From sequence record LR535917.1: 64,000 bases of DNA, one strand, 5' to 3'. The position numbers and the translations under genes were made by a program. The stretch's first letter is position 1, and the number at the start of each line of letters is the position of its first letter. Under the pieces are notes generated by a model. The model worked only from the letters and a program-made list of their open reading frames with translations. It had not been told where the DNA came from and did no database searches. Positions 47,439-61,178 of the stretch are shown here, piece after piece.

Positions 47439-48338
47439 TCGTACACCTCTTCGACCAATAGCGCGTCGGTAGTCCACGTTATCGAACTGGTTCTTAGCGC
47501 CAACGGTTATGACAACGCCACCCCCTGGTACTATCGCAGCAACTCACCAGACTCACCATTTGGCGACTTACCGACGCGCTCCGGCGGTAGTCCAACCGAT
47601 TCAAGCGCAACATTGTTTGACGGCGAGTGGCACAACACGTTCGCAAGCTTGTTCCGCTACGCGGGCGTCGTAAGACGTCGACTCGGAGACTACAGTTATG
47701 GGCACAGCACCTACCTAAGCAGCGGTGGTTATTTTCAAACCACTAACCAGCGTCGGACATTTAATAAAGACGGTTACGAGTATGTGGTACGTTTGCCTTA
47801 CCAGCAAGGTCTGGCCTGGGGAACAGATGACTACGGTTTCCCGCCACGGAGCGTCTCTGGACGCATTCTGTTCATTCCTGACACGGTGACCCGTTTAGGG
47901 ACGACGTGGAACGAACAATTAATTGGCTTTAATGCCTGGAACCAAGCTCCAACATTGTTCCATAAATTCGTTTTCAAAGGCTACTTTGGCACACTGACAA
48001 ACGAAGAATTTATTCTTAACCATGCCGAGCTGAATGGTGGCGACTTTCCAATGACAGGACCCGGCCCACAGGAACTTATTCGTGGCGACTGGCATCGTCA
48101 ATATCGCATCGTGGCGGTAAAGGGCACTGAAAAGGTTATGGGGCTGCCGATTGTACAGACACTACCAGGTAACACAACGACGTACGAGGACAAGACCACC
48201 GAAGCGTATAAAACGTATTATCGTTACGACAACCCTAGACAAAGTGTTAACCCAGTAGCACCGGGGGAACCTATTGTAATGTCGATTATCTTAAACTGGA
48301 AACAACAGCCAGGCCAGACTTTAGATTCCATTGAAATC
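47379..48338 (+). CDS. Virion cassette copy 3, type C (~300 aa)
   Basis: MSIILNWKQQPGQTLDSIEIYR...GPGPQELIRGDWH..YFG...HKFVFKG...IELVLS*. Confidence 0.75.
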
Positions 48339-49358
48339 ATTGACAGTGCTGAGAAGGTCGGTTTGTACGCATTCGTTATCGAGTTAGTGGAGTAAAACGC
48401 GCCTACCGATTCAAGTATAACCAATACGTCGAAACGTAACCTCTCCCAAGTTACGTTAAAAGGTTTCTTGTGCCAAGAACGTGATCCTGAATCGGGATTA
48501 GTTCTGGTTCGTGGGTCTCCTAACTGGACTAATATCAGTCCAGCGTCCATTTATGGGAGCGGTAGCGCTTACCAAGGCTGCGAATATAACGATTTTGTTT
48601 ATCCGTTCGGAGATTGTATCCCTAACAAACAAATGCTCGTAATGACGTTGGATGAATCGTTGCGAAACGCAGACCATGATGACTTGGAATATGGTCGCCA
48701 AGGCGACACCTATCGGATGCGATTGCTGCGCGGTTTAACCGACGGGGACGAACCGACAGGTCCTGATAACGGACGTGGTGATTTGGCTGGTGTTGACCAG
48801 AGTGGGTTGTTTGAATGGACACTTTACTCGTGGAATGACATTTATAACGCGGGGCTTGTGTACGGTGTTGATGGATTTAAGTTTTATCGTCATGGTAAAG
48901 TTTACTACATGATGAACAGCGGCGGACGATTTAACTCTTTGCCTGCAGGCTTTCGTGCATTAACAGGGATGTCGGGCACGGGCACGCTAATCATGAACAC
49001 TGACGACTTGGCGTTTCTGGGGCAGTTGCCGTTCGAAGAACAGATGACCTATGACGCGTCCATTGTCATTAAAAACCGTCGTGGTGTGGGTGGCGTCGAC
49101 CAGATTAACTATTCCGATCGTTACTGGTATCTTTTAACAGTAACTGTTAACGGTCGTACCGTAGGTAGTCCACAAAAAATTGCAACTTTAAGTAATGGCG
49201 AAACGGAATGGACGGACGAAACCGTTATTCTTAACACCTCAATTGTTAACATTTATCGGGGCACGGCTAAAATAAATACAGCCGCATTACCAGCCCCTGC
49301 TTCTAAGGAGTAACAGATGGCTTTCACACTACGCTGGAAAAATGAAAATCCGGCAGGT
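48339..49358 (+). CDS. Virion cassette copy 3, type B (~332 aa)
   Basis: MAFTLRWKNENPAG..IYRG...IATLSNGETEW...YRMRLLRGL...CEYND...VIELVE*. Confidence 0.75.
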
Positions 49359-50798
49359 CTACTCAGGCAGAACCTCCACTTAAAACAGATTTAGCAACCG
49401 CGAACGGTGAGTTGAACGGTACAGTTAGGCCGATGGTTGTACTTGAACCACACGTCGACGCACCGCGTCCACTACCGCTGGTGGGTGAACCAAACGTCGA
49501 TACTGCGCTGCCGTTATCGACAGTGTCGAACAGCGTAGATGCGCCGAGACCTCTAGCAACAACTGCGGAACAGGTGGAAGAACCTATCAGCCCGATTGAT
49601 GTACCATCACCACAACCTGATAGCATTCGCCCTCTTGCAGTCGAGGTTGCGACAACAGTCGTCTTACCTTTAGCTGATGTGGAAGGGGATGTTGTGTGGC
49701 GCGTTAGGGTTATTCCTATAACCCTTACAGATACCACTTACTGGTGGCCTGTTTTAGAGGAAATCAATAAGGACGACACCGGGGGTAACCCTGTTAAAGT
49801 ACAACGTTGCAATATGCGTGGTGGCTCAGTTGAATGGGACTGGGCAAATGACACCACGTTAACCAGAACCACCGTCTTCTTCACGCAACAACTGTTAATA
49901 TCAAAGGCCACGCCGTTGTGGCTTATTTCACAACTCGGTGACGGTTCTACGGGTGGCGCGAAAACTGAGAATAACAAGACGCATTATTACCGTGTCTCCG
50001 TTCCGGTTAGCCCTGATTCAGGAGGCGCTGGTCCGTATCCAGACGGTATCGAACCTGTTGACCAGGCTTTGATTGTCACTACCGGAACGTTAACAGCAAC
50101 CTGGACGGCCCTTTATCAAGCGGGTGCCATTTTCGGTACGAAAATGACTTTCGAGTGGTTGAAATTTTTCAAGGACGGTAAGATTGTTTATCTACCGAAG
50201 CAAGAGTTATTTACCTTTGCTGAACTAAACAACCTAATTCGTCCTGATGTTGCCCCAACAGGCAATAAATATTTGTTGGCAGGGGACAGCACAAACGGAT
50301 ACTTCGGCCACGTTTCTCGCGGCTATATCCCGGTCGATTATTTGAATGAAGCCGTGGGCTACTATCCAGATTCTGGGCTCAAATCGCTGGCAACGCCAAC
50401 ACGTATTAATTTAACCGCGTATAATAGCGTATGCTATCTACGCGATTTATACGGTGTTTGGTTATCTGATAGCAGTGTACAGTCGGTAGACGCGCCTATA
50501 GCTCCGCGCGTCTACGTACCACAAACGGCCAAGACCGTGCGGGATCTTCTCCCAGCTCGTTTCTCTGGGGAGTGCACGGTTTATTACGACCGTTTAACAT
50601 TATCAGATCTATTTAAAACCGAGACCACTAAGAATGGTCGTAACACGGTAATTACGTTGGTAGGAAAACCCGGTAAAGATAACCCTGAACTCGCAGGAAG
50701 AATCAGCGCTGATTCGATTGGGGTGAGGGGTATTCCTGACTTCATGGGATTGTATAGCGCACCCGAACTGGAATTACTCTGCCAACAAGTCGTAAGGG
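49299..50798 (+). CDS. Virion cassette copy 3, type A (~480 aa)
   Basis: MGLYSAPELELLCQQVVRDNPELAGRIS...GRNT...YYDRLTL...WLKFFKDG...ANGELNGF*. Confidence 0.75.
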
Positions 50799-51758
50799 TA
50801 CGGTACCACTACAATACGCTCCATTGCGGTACTTGAACTCGTTCTGCCTTAACAGGAGAACACGTCCAGTCAGTGGTACAACTGTCCACCTTACCCTGAG
50901 TCGCCGTCGTGGAGTAACCCGGTCGGTCCAATCGATTCGGTTACTGCCCAACAATCTGCATTCTTTGCGGCTATGAATTTTAACACCTTCGCGCGCCTGT
51001 ACAACTACAGTGGGCAGTTTCCGCGCTTTGACGACATTAAATTCTGGACGTCTTACGTTGGAAGCGGTAACACTGAGTTGTATCTCGACGGTGAGTGGCG
51101 CACGGTGACGAAAAACGGTTACGAATACGTGGTGCGCTTGCCGTATTTGTTCGACTACATGTACGGCCAGGATGGCAATGGATATGTACCGGGCTGGGCT
51201 ACTGCACGTAACCAACGGTTTATGTCCGATAACTCGATAATAAACGCTAGCCCGCAGTTCATTTATAACCAGGGGATGAATATGTTCAGTTCCGCCGTTG
51301 GTGCCTGGCATAAATTCATTTACAAAAACCGTATTCTGTTTGGAACAGTAACGCCAGCAGAGTTATTCACTAACACGGAACTGAACGGCCTCGTGGTGTT
51401 TTTAGACACCGGGCCTGGCCCCCAGAAACTGTTATACGGCGACTGGCACGCTGGATACTGGATAGCTGCGGTTAAAGACGGTGAGCGTGTCTTCAACACC
51501 CCTACCGCCCAAGGGTTCCCGGGTGACGCTACATCGTACGAAGACAACGCTGTGGAAAACAACACCACTTACCGTTATAAGACGCCGGGCAACGCCACCA
51601 TTGATGTTAATGCACCGGGAACGCCTCTGGCAACCCTTATTACATTACACTTTGCACAACGGAAGCCACAGGCGCTCGATAGCATCGAAATCTATCGCTG
51701 CGACCGTGGGCGGTATTTGGATTCCAGTAATCGAGCTTATCGAGGATTAATCATGCCT
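50799..51758 (+). CDS. Virion cassette copy 2, type C (~299 aa)
   Basis: MPITLHFAQRKPQALDSIEIYR...GPGPQKLLYGDWHAGY...WHKFIYKN...LELVLP*. Confidence 0.75.
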
Positions 51759-52718
51759 GGCGGCGGCGGATTCCACTGATACCGTGGATAACCTCCAGCG
51801 TATACAACATGTCCCTGGCCGTGGGGCGCATTGTCAGGAGTTTGACCCAGAACGTAAGTTGGGGCTGACGCGCGGATGGATGTCCCTGATAAAGTGGTCG
51901 AACTCCAGCATATTCGGAAATGGATCGCTGGTGGCAGGTAGCGAATACAACCGACTCATCTATGGGATAAGTAGCTGGTTCCCAGAAAAGAAAAAAGTCA
52001 TGACACTCGATGCACAGTGGGACGGTAAACTCCATGACGCGTCACCGTATACTGCCGAGGGTGACCGCTATCGGATGCGCCTGCTGCGCGGTTTAACACT
52101 CGACAGTGAAAGCCCGGTTCCGGAAGGCGGTCATGGCGATTTACCTGACGTTGACCAGGCTGGGGAGTTTACGTGGTTGCTGTATAGCCGTGATGCGATT
52201 TATAACGCGGGTTTGCTGTACGGTGTGGCGGGACCTGGGTTCCAGCTAGACGGTAAAATTCTGTATCTGTTTAGTGGTCTTCGTGTGAACGGCAACACTC
52301 CGCCAGGGTTTGTGGCCCTTTCTGGATACGACCCAACTGTTAAGCCGGGCTTGATGAATGACCGCTTTGCGTATTACGGGTACGTGGCGTACGGTGAATT
52401 ACCTAGCGCGGGTGATTAGAAATCAATTCTAATTCAGAACCGTCGCGGTATCGGCATCGTGGCTCCACAGTACGGTGAGACAACGTATTACTACATGACC
52501 ACCGTGACAGTGGGAAGTCGGACACTGTTCAGTCCGCAACCTCTGGCAACGTTCACTAACGGGGAAACTGAGTATACTGACCGAACAGCGATACTGGGGG
52601 CTTCGACCGTGAAGCTGTACCGCGACACCAAACCTCTGGTGCGTACGGCATTACCTGAATTCCAATAAGAGGTAACGACAATGGCTTTTACAATTCGTTG
52701 GACGAACAATAACCCTGG
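51699..52718 (+). CDS. Virion cassette copy 2, type B (~329 aa)
   Basis: MAFTIRWTNNNPG..KLYRD...LATFTNGETEY...YRMRLLRGL...SEYN...VIELIED*; stop at 52418 is a junction chimera. Confidence 0.75.
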
Positions 52719-54218
52719 TGACCAAATCGCCCAACCTTCAAAAATTACTCTGGGCGATACTAACGGTGAGTTGGATGGATATTCCGTCGCGGTAACAGGC
52801 ATGGCTAGCGTTAAGATTAGACCGATTATTCTCACGACGGAAGCGTCATCAGACTCACCACGTCCTCTGCTTGCCGCGACGGACAATGATGAACGTGCTC
52901 CACGTCCGTTAGTTTTCAACACCGACAACACCGAATCTGCCACCCCTGCCTGGCTGCGCATCGACCAAAATGAATCGCTTCGTGTGGTGCCTATTACGGA
53001 AACCTCCGCCGCAGCGAAGCCGTTGATTGACGAAGGTGCAGAATTAACATGGGCACCGTCCGTGGTTACTCTGACGGACTACACCTCTTCTGGCTTTTGG
53101 CCAATCCTGGAGATGTTTGATGTTGCCAATGAACCTGTCGGTGCCGACCAAGCGTATTACCAGTCTATCAGTGCGAGCTATCGTTCAAACACCTACATGG
53201 GAACTCTTAGCACGACTGATGCTAACTTCCTGGATTACGTGTGGTTACGACACCAGTTAATCACCTCTATCCTGTCACTGACCAGCAAATTGGGGTCGGT
53301 GAACGTATATGGGGAGTGAATGTCTATCCCGTATTACACCGAGAACGCCGCCGCGCCTGATTGGAGTAAACCGCCGTCCGATGTTGAACAGTTGAAATAC
53401 ATGGTAAAACGGGATGATGAAGGAACGCATTATTTCAGGGGTGCAATATTTGATTCCGGAGACGCAGGACCTCGCCCGAAGTCGACTTACACACCTGTGG
53501 TAGTGTTTGTTCCGACCCGTGCGATTTGCAACGTTACCTGGGCAGACCTGTACAACAACGGCACCACCTGGCCTAACCGCTACGCTATCAAGTGGCTCAA
53601 ATTCTTTCTGAATGGGGCTGGGCTGGTAAGCGCGGAAGAGTTATTCACATCTGATGAAATGGTGTATGCCCTCTATAATCCGAAGTCGGGTCCTGGGCCA
53701 AAAGGATTAATGGCTGGTAATGAGTTATACGGATTCTTCTCCTTGTGTTATACCGGGTCATGCAAGATGACCTATGTTTACGAACCGATTGCGATGTAAA
53801 ACGTTGCATTAATGAAATACGCTACGCCGGAAACTGTAACTCTGACGGCGCACGCTAAGTTACCGGCGTTCAATGAATTGAACGGGTTGAACTTAACCGC
53901 GAGTGATATCACCAGTCCATTTAAGTCTGGCCCGAAGATGGCGAGTATTCCACGTAGCGCACAAACCCATGCGGAAGCCGGTAAAGGATTTGCTGGGGAA
54001 ATAACGGTCTATTACGACCGGTTGAATCTGGCCAGTCTTGTTCCTGTTGCGAAAAACGTTAACGGACGAAACACACAGATTACGTTGGTAGGTAAACCTG
54101 TGCGTGACAATCCCAGTTTAGCAGGAAAAATCACCGCCGACTCCATTGGGGTCAGGGGCGGAGTAAAAGCCATGGGGTTGTATACAGAACCTTCAATGGA
54201 ACTGCTCTGCCAACAAAT
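52659..54218 (+). CDS. Virion cassette copy 2, type A (~498 aa); joins 53812, 53320 and 52681 ORFs
   Basis: MGLYTEPSMELLCQQI..DNPSLAGKIT...YYDRLNL...GPGPKGLMAGN..YGFF...TNGELDGFQ*; stops at 53798 and 53318 are junction chimeras. Confidence 0.75.
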
Positions 54219-55178
54219 ACTTCGGGTGTCGGGATCGCAGCCACGATGTTCTTTGCTTTTGAATTAGTCTTACCGTAACTGTGGAGCAACAACATATTTG
54301 CTTATGCGTACGGTTATGCGCCGGCGGGAATTACTAACCTTACGATACAAGGTTCAACCTCCCAGCCGAGCGAAACGGGTGCCGCTGCGTTGGCACCGGG
54401 TCGTTTATACCCAATCAGCTCGCAATTCCCACCTATCGGTCTTGGTGCTATTGACTCGCCGTACGACGCGGCTCTCTCGGGACAAGATTACAACAACGGC
54501 GAATGGCGGAACACGATGCAAGACTGTAAGGTTACAAAAGACGGCCGCACGTACCGAATCCGTTTACCCTACGCAGTCATGATGTACGGTACCGACGATG
54601 ACGGGAGCGTAGTCCCGCAGGGCGCGACAGCGACTAAATTCTTCCCAGCGACTATGCATTCGAGAAGTAACTCGGTACAAATGGCGTATCAGTACGGCAA
54701 CATGCTGACCAACGATCCCCAGGAATGGCACAAGTTTATTTTCCATGGGCGAATAGTGCCGAATACCGAGTTCTTTAATACCGCTGAGCTGAAGCTTATG
54801 TTGACCGCGCAACAGGGTGGACCGGGTCCACAAACTATTTTGCGAGGCGATTGGGCTTCGGGTTATTTCGGTACAGTAGTAAAAGACAACGAGCGTCTTA
54901 TTGGCAGCCCGATTACGCAAGGGTTCTATCCAGACACCTTCGTAGACGACATTGATACCCTGACGAAGAATACGACCTATCGTTATTGGGTGGCTGCTAC
55001 AATCGACGTTTACAACCCAGGTACACCACACGCGACCTTATCAGGCAGTGCGGTAGAGTCTCAAGCCAGCAAAGGTCTTACCGCGATTGAAATCTATCGC
55101 AAGGAAGGCTGGAACGCATACCCTATCTTTGAACTGGTTGAGTAAGGGGCAGTCATGACTATACGGTTAAGCTGGCCA
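54219..55178 (+). CDS. Virion cassette copy 1, type C (~307 aa)
   Basis: MTIRLSWPSQASKGLTAIEIYR...GPGPQTILRGDWASGYFG...WHKFIFHG...FELVLP*. Confidence 0.75.
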
Positions 55179-56198
55179 ACACCCGTATCCGCGATTCAGC
55201 GTATAAACTATTTATCACCCACCACGAAAGGGCGTTACGAACACGACACCACGGAAGACCGTGTGCTCCATCGTGGTATTTTTAACAATGCCGGTGGACT
55301 GGGGCAGGGTACTTTGGGAACCTCGGCAACGTATTTCGGCGGTGGTGTTCTCTGTATGGTTAACGAGGTGCCGTGGAAACAGCGTTGGGCTAACTGGGCA
55401 ACGAACAGTTATACTTTTCATGATGAAATCGCTTCTCTAACCAACCCGTGTGAGTATAACGATTTGCTTTACACGATGCTGACGATGTCTAGCGAGCCGC
55501 CTGCGTATCCTTTCGTAGCTGACTATAATGGGAAAACCCCACAAGACGCTAAGATAGTCCACAAAGGGGATACGTACATTATGCGTCTTCCTCGCGGCTT
55601 AGTCTACGGTACGGGCGATGCTGGCCCAGAGAACGGCCATGGAGCGCTACCGGCCACTTCTAACACGTCGCAGTTCCCGAATACGCCTGTGGACTGGGCT
55701 TCCCTCTATCAAGCTGGTTTAACCGATCGTGTGGCGTTGTATAAATTTACCCGAAACGGGAAAATCTATTACATGCTAGACGAACAATGGCTTCCGTCGC
55801 AAATGCCACCTGCATTTTTGGCGATGTTCCCTAATCTAGGCCCAATGACTATTCTAAACGGTAACGACCGTTTAGGGTTTATGGGTGCGGTTCCTTACAA
55901 CGGTAAAACAGTGGCATCGTCTAGCCAGAAATACACCATTGAGATAAAGCGTGGGATTTGGCGTGATACCACCGCCGCACCAGGCGCAACCTATTATTAC
56001 CTTCTGACGGTAACCGCCGATATCACACCGAGCGCTTTGCCTGAACCGATTGCAACGCTCTCAAATGGCGAGACAGAATTGCGTTGGAAAAATCCAAACG
56101 TAATCTCTACGGTAGTAAAAATCTACCGTGACGTTAAAAACGTCACTTAACGGTGAACTGGACGGCTTTAAGTAGAGGTATCATCCATGTCTTTTACT
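55119..56198 (+). CDS. Virion cassette copy 1, type B (~332 aa)
   Basis: MSFTLRWKNPNVISTVVKIYRD...IATLSNGETE...YIMRLPRGL...CEYND...IFELVE*. Confidence 0.75.
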
Positions 56199-57578
56199 CG
56201 ACTTCCAACCCATTGCGGCTACCGCTGAAATGTATACGCCACCCGACAAGACATCGTTTGTTACTTCAGAAAACAGTTTCGCACTGCATCCGCCTGCTTT
56301 AATGCTGCCGAAGACAGTGTTTAGTCTCAAGCCGTTGGTGCTCGGTAATCCAGATACTACCGATTTCGAACCGGTAGTAGATATCCATGGTGCGGTAGAT
56401 TACAGTCTCCAACCGTGCAGCGTGTCCGCAGAAAACACCTACTACTGGTTCCCGGTGCTAGAGTTGGTGGATAAGTCCACAGTTACCTTGGGTTTAGACA
56501 TGGCGACGTTGTCTGGAGCCAGTTGGACAAACTTAGGAAAATCATCGAGCGCAGGCAATTACTGGACGCTGTTCTGTTTATTGAAAGATACACTGAACAC
56601 CAACGTCGCCAATCATCGTAGTGAGTTTGAGATGTTCAACTTTCTGTATAATGGAACGTGGGACAAACCGATTAACAGACCTAGTGCCGGGAAAGACCCA
56701 TACGTCAGCGGCACCCCAACTGCCGCTGAGTTAGCAGGGGGACGCATCATTAGCTTTACAGGCGCAGACAACAAAAGGTTTTACTTCCGCGTTCGTCTCG
56801 GACTCGTTTACGGAACAGACGATAATGGTAAATACCCTGCGGCGACGCCCGTTAACCATATTTACCTCCCGATTAGTCCTGTCGCTAGCTCCATCTCCTG
56901 GAATACGTTATATACAAAGTTACCACCGGTACATTCTGGTGCCGAAGGTTGGTACAAGTTCTTTTACCAGGGTAGGGTCACAATTGCAGAGTTGTTTACA
57001 CACTCTCAACTTCTTAATGCCACTATATCGGCCGGTGCTGGACCTGGCCCTAAAACGTTGCTGCAAGGTAACACTATCGCGGGTTATTTCGGAACAACGT
57101 TTACAGGCAGCTTAACGATACGTTATACCGTCCCGAGTGGTGCAATTTACCCCGATTCACCTAAACCGAGCGCTTCGCCGCAGACGTTGAAATTAAATAT
57201 CTCAGGTAATTGCCCTGCAAACGACGCATTGGGGCTTACATTAGTTGCTTCTGATTTGCAGTCACCTGACGCAAGTTTTGTGCCGACTGTGGCTATCAAA
57301 GATACAGTCTTAACGGTACGAGACGCGCTACCTGCAATTGTACAAGGTAATGTTACCGTGTACTACGACCGGATTAACCTGGCCACTTTATTTAATTTTT
57401 CAGTTACGTTAAACCAGCGTAACACCAAAGCTGTTTTCACCGGGTATCCAGGGACAGGTAATCCTGATTTAGTTGTTAAGCTGACGCCGGCTATCGCTGC
57501 TTTAACCAGCGGCCCAACCCCTATGCTATTTTACTCGAAGGAGTCGGCACTGCTTGTATACGACCAAGTCAATCGGGA
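56139..57578 (+). CDS. Virion cassette copy 1, type A (~470 aa)
   Basis: MLFYSKESALLVYDQVNRDNPDL...QRNT...YYDRINL...GPGPKTLLQGN..GYFG...LNGELDGFK*. Confidence 0.75.
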
Positions 57579-58478
57579 ACCACTATAACAGCTAAGTGTA
57601 GGGGCTCTTCGGAGCCCCATCTTTTGGCGATGCGGAGTACGACCGCGTGGTTATCCAAACGGGCATCGATGAGGAAGGCGTGAAAGGCGTGGCGTACTTG
57701 AACAGTAACACCGTTCAGGATGTGCCGACTTCCACCGCTCAGTTCGCTAACAAATCGTAGTGGGCTGGTTTGCGTAAGGTGTTGGATGACCTGGGTATTC
57801 CGAACTACGCGGGGCCACACGGTATTGACTTTACCGCGTATAAAAACCTACTGACAGTAGATGCTTCTGGCCTACCGCATGCGATTCAAGAGCCTATTTC
57901 ACCGTCTCTCGGTAAGAAGTGTATTGATTTGTTGACGTCGTTGCGTTATAACCGTGGTTTACCGGTACTAGACACTTCGGTGAAATCAGATGTCTTGAAC
58001 ACCAATACACAGACCATTGCAGCGCTATCGACATCTCCGGCTTATATCGGTTCTGCGATAAACTTCTCCGCAATCGATATCCAAAACTACTCACTGTTTG
58101 GTGCCAATACCCCAAATTTCACGTTTGACGCGCCCAACCTCCACTCAGCCTTTTCGGTGCTCTTGGATACTTACGGAGACGACCGTGTGAACTTAGCGCG
58201 GTTATTGCCGTGGGGTCCTTCTGTCCAGGCGCAGTTCGCGTCGGCACGCTTGCGCGGTATTCAGGGTTCCGGATTTCGAGACGCAATCACCGTTTACTAC
58301 TGCTACGTGGAGAAAGTGACGCAGGTTCCCGTTAATGCAGCTTCCAACAACCGCAATATGGTCTTTGACCTCATTAACCGGGATAACCCAAACCTACCTA
58401 TTAAAGCGTCGCCGGCAAATCTGGACGATCCAAGCGAGGTATAATTGATGATCAACTATGCTAAGCCGTCAAACGAGT
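57579..58478 (+). CDS. Virion paralog G7 (~275 aa)
   Basis: MINYAKPSNELVFDLINRDNPNLP...NRNT-type motif, DRVNLARL...GVAYYHYNS*. Confidence 0.72.
57599..57625 (+). terminator. Intrinsic terminator
   Basis: ggggctc-ttcg-gagcccc-atctttt. Confidence 0.8.
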
Positions 58479-59378
58479 TGTTGAAACTGCCTGTTACCTG
58501 TACCACCATCGTCGGAACGTTGTATCTCCAGTTCAACGGCGTTGGTCTGAATGACCCTGTTGCAATGCCGACAAACGCGAAGTACAAGTATGCGCTGGGT
58601 ACTGCATGGGTAGCGACCACCTCCGCTTCCTACGGTTTGGCGGGCGCGGAGGTTATCACGGGTATTCTGTCCGGACAGCCGTTAACGGATATGGTTAACC
58701 TGCTGAAAGATATCACGGAGGTTTATTCCTACCCGTACAACTTCACCAAATACCGTGATGAGTTGCTGGCATACGTGCCCGGTCTGAAATACCCGAACGG
58801 TCAGATGGGTTCCGAAACCGTTACTGCGGTCATTGCAGCATTTAAAGTCGTGAAAGGCGATGAGTCGTTAGTCTCTGCGGTCACCACTAACGTCCTGACC
58901 GAAGGAACTGTGCGTGTTGTTGCACATCCTGAGTCTATCGGTTGGGTTGGACAGGCGAGTTTTGTTCTGGAAGAAGCTGACCTGCAGGACGCAGATATCG
59001 AATGGAACGGTGATAAGACGATCGGCCCATCCAACGAAACCTTGTATGCGGCCATTCCTGGACTGAACCAACGTTACGATGTCTTCTACAACCGCATGAA
59101 AGTCGAAGACTTGTTAGTGTTGATTGGTGACACGTTGGACACGCAAATTAAAATTACGGCAGATGGGGTAACGGGCTCTACCTGGTCGGGTAAGAAAATC
59201 ATCTGGTCCTCGCCAAAGGACATCCGTGGTACGGAGAAGGAAACGCTGACTAACCGTAAAGACGTCCTGTTGGCAGCAGTGAACGCACAGAACTCGCTTG
59301 CTGTTAAGATGACTGACACGAGTGTATGTTGCACTACAACAACTAGGAATTAGCGAATGGCTATTTATCAACCTTCTA
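58419..59378 (+). CDS. Virion paralog G6 (~295 aa)
   Basis: MAIYQPSKDVLLAAVNAQN...FYNRMKV...SIGWVG...CTTIVGTLYLQFN...SEV*. Confidence 0.72.
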
Positions 59379-60218
59379 TAAAGCGTACGATAACGTATTG
59401 CTGATTACCGGCATTCAGAACGACCCGAAAGTAATCGGGTTTGATCCGACGAACTGCACAATTACCCGCTACAAAACGAGTGAGTTGGCGACCGCCAACT
59501 TTGATTTGGGTTACACGTCCAATCTGATGGCCACATTGGTCGCACGTGGGGTACCGTCTACCGATGAAGTGCAGGTTATGGCCTCGTTTAAGAACGGGCG
59601 AATGGACGTAGGAAGTAACCCTGCAGCAGCAAGCACTGGTAAGAAATACATGGGCTTCTTGACGTACGGGGAAGACTTCCGGGGCAAGAATAGTCTCGAA
59701 GACCTCGTGGTAAACGACATCTTGTCGGCTTTGAACCACACGATGCGTATTAACGCTAGCTGTATCCAATACACTGGCAGCATCACCTTTATGTCTATTG
59801 GATTAAACCTGGTTGCAGACGATATCCCAGAACAATACGTTTATCTGAACGTAAACAACGGTTGGTTGAACGTGGAGTCGAAACGTACTGCGTTTGCGCA
59901 GAACCTGAACGGTCGTTACTTGTCGCTGAACGACTTATTTAAGAACATGACACCTCAGGTAACTGCACCGAATGCCTATATCATTCGTGGTCGTCAAGGT
60001 CGTGGCTATATCGGTCCTCAGACGTTCCGTTATAAGCGTGCTATCATCGGTACGCCGAAAGCAATCACACCGACAGCAAGCGGTGCCAATACTGAGATTC
60101 TGTACGATGCGATTAATGCCGAAAACCCGGATGCTGTTCTACCGATGGGTTTAGACAACCTTTCTTTTTTGGCCGAGGAGGCTATTATGGCTTTATATAG
60201 TCTGTCTCAGCGACAATA
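59319..60218 (+). CDS. Virion paralog G5 (~279 aa)
   Basis: RBS gaggagg, MALYSLSQRQYLYDAINAENP...GYIGPQTFRY...ECMLHYNN*. Confidence 0.72.
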
Positions 60219-60278
60219 CCTGCACTTTAATGCCTAATTAGGCCTCGCTGGGAGGAGGAAATCCTCCTCCTGGCTACT
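60159..60278 (+). terminator. Terminator with hairpin and T tract separated by a junction
   Basis: gggaggagg-aaat-cctcctcctgg (60250-60272) is followed by cctttctttttt (60159-60170) only in native order. Confidence 0.7.
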
Positions 60279-61178
60279 CCAGGTTCTGCTGCTGCAGCTG
60301 GATGACACTCTGTGCACCAACTTCCAGGGCGTCATGTATGGCACTGCTTCAGGCGACGATCCTAAGAAACCGGTTGAAGGTGCAAACACTGCTTACAAGC
60401 CTGCGGATTATAACCTGAAAGGTGCTAACGTGTTGTACGTTGGTTCTACTACTGATGACTCTGCATTCCCGGTTGAGCTGAATAAAGTTGTGCCGGAACT
60501 GTGGGTTGCATCTGATGAAGACTGCACAGCAATCGCAGCATTCCTGAAAGTACAGGCGAAAGGTGTTATCGCTGGCGAGGTTTACCCAGATGGTCCAAGC
60601 GAAGCGAAGGGTCAGGGCTACATCTACTCTTACGGTGTTAAGCCTCAGGTTGGTGAACGTCTGAGTCTGGTGGTAACACAAACCAAGCTCGACGGCCTCA
60701 TTACCTTCAAAGAAGACTGCTACGCTTATCTGGGCAGCATCCCGGTTAAAATCGGTGCAAATACCAACCCGCCGCTGACTAACCCGAACGATCCGGACCC
60801 AGCACCGGTTGACCATGTGAACACCCAATACGGATTGAAGCTGACCGAAGACGATATCGTTCCGGCGGCTATTCCGGATGTAACAGCATACCTCGACGTT
60901 AAACTGCCGAAAACCACCACAGACCTGCTGACGACCCTGTACATCGGTACTCAGGACGTGACTTATAATCGCCTGGAAGGCAGTGCGCTGTTCCGTAATA
61001 GCGATGAAGGTGCCGATCGCAATACCAGCATGACCCTGACTGCGAAAAAGAACTCCGGGAAAAACCCAGACGCAGAACTGGAACTTTCTAAAATAACGCT
61101 CGGCACACCGACCCCTATAGTAAGAATGAAACCTTTAAACAAAACGTCCGATCAGCTGGTTCTGGATTTTATTAATGA
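60219..61178 (+). CDS. Virion paralog G4 (~303 aa)
   Basis: MKPLNKTSDQLVLDFINE...DRNTSMTLTA...YNRLEG...VNTQYGLKL...CTNFQGVMYLHFNA*. Confidence 0.75.
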
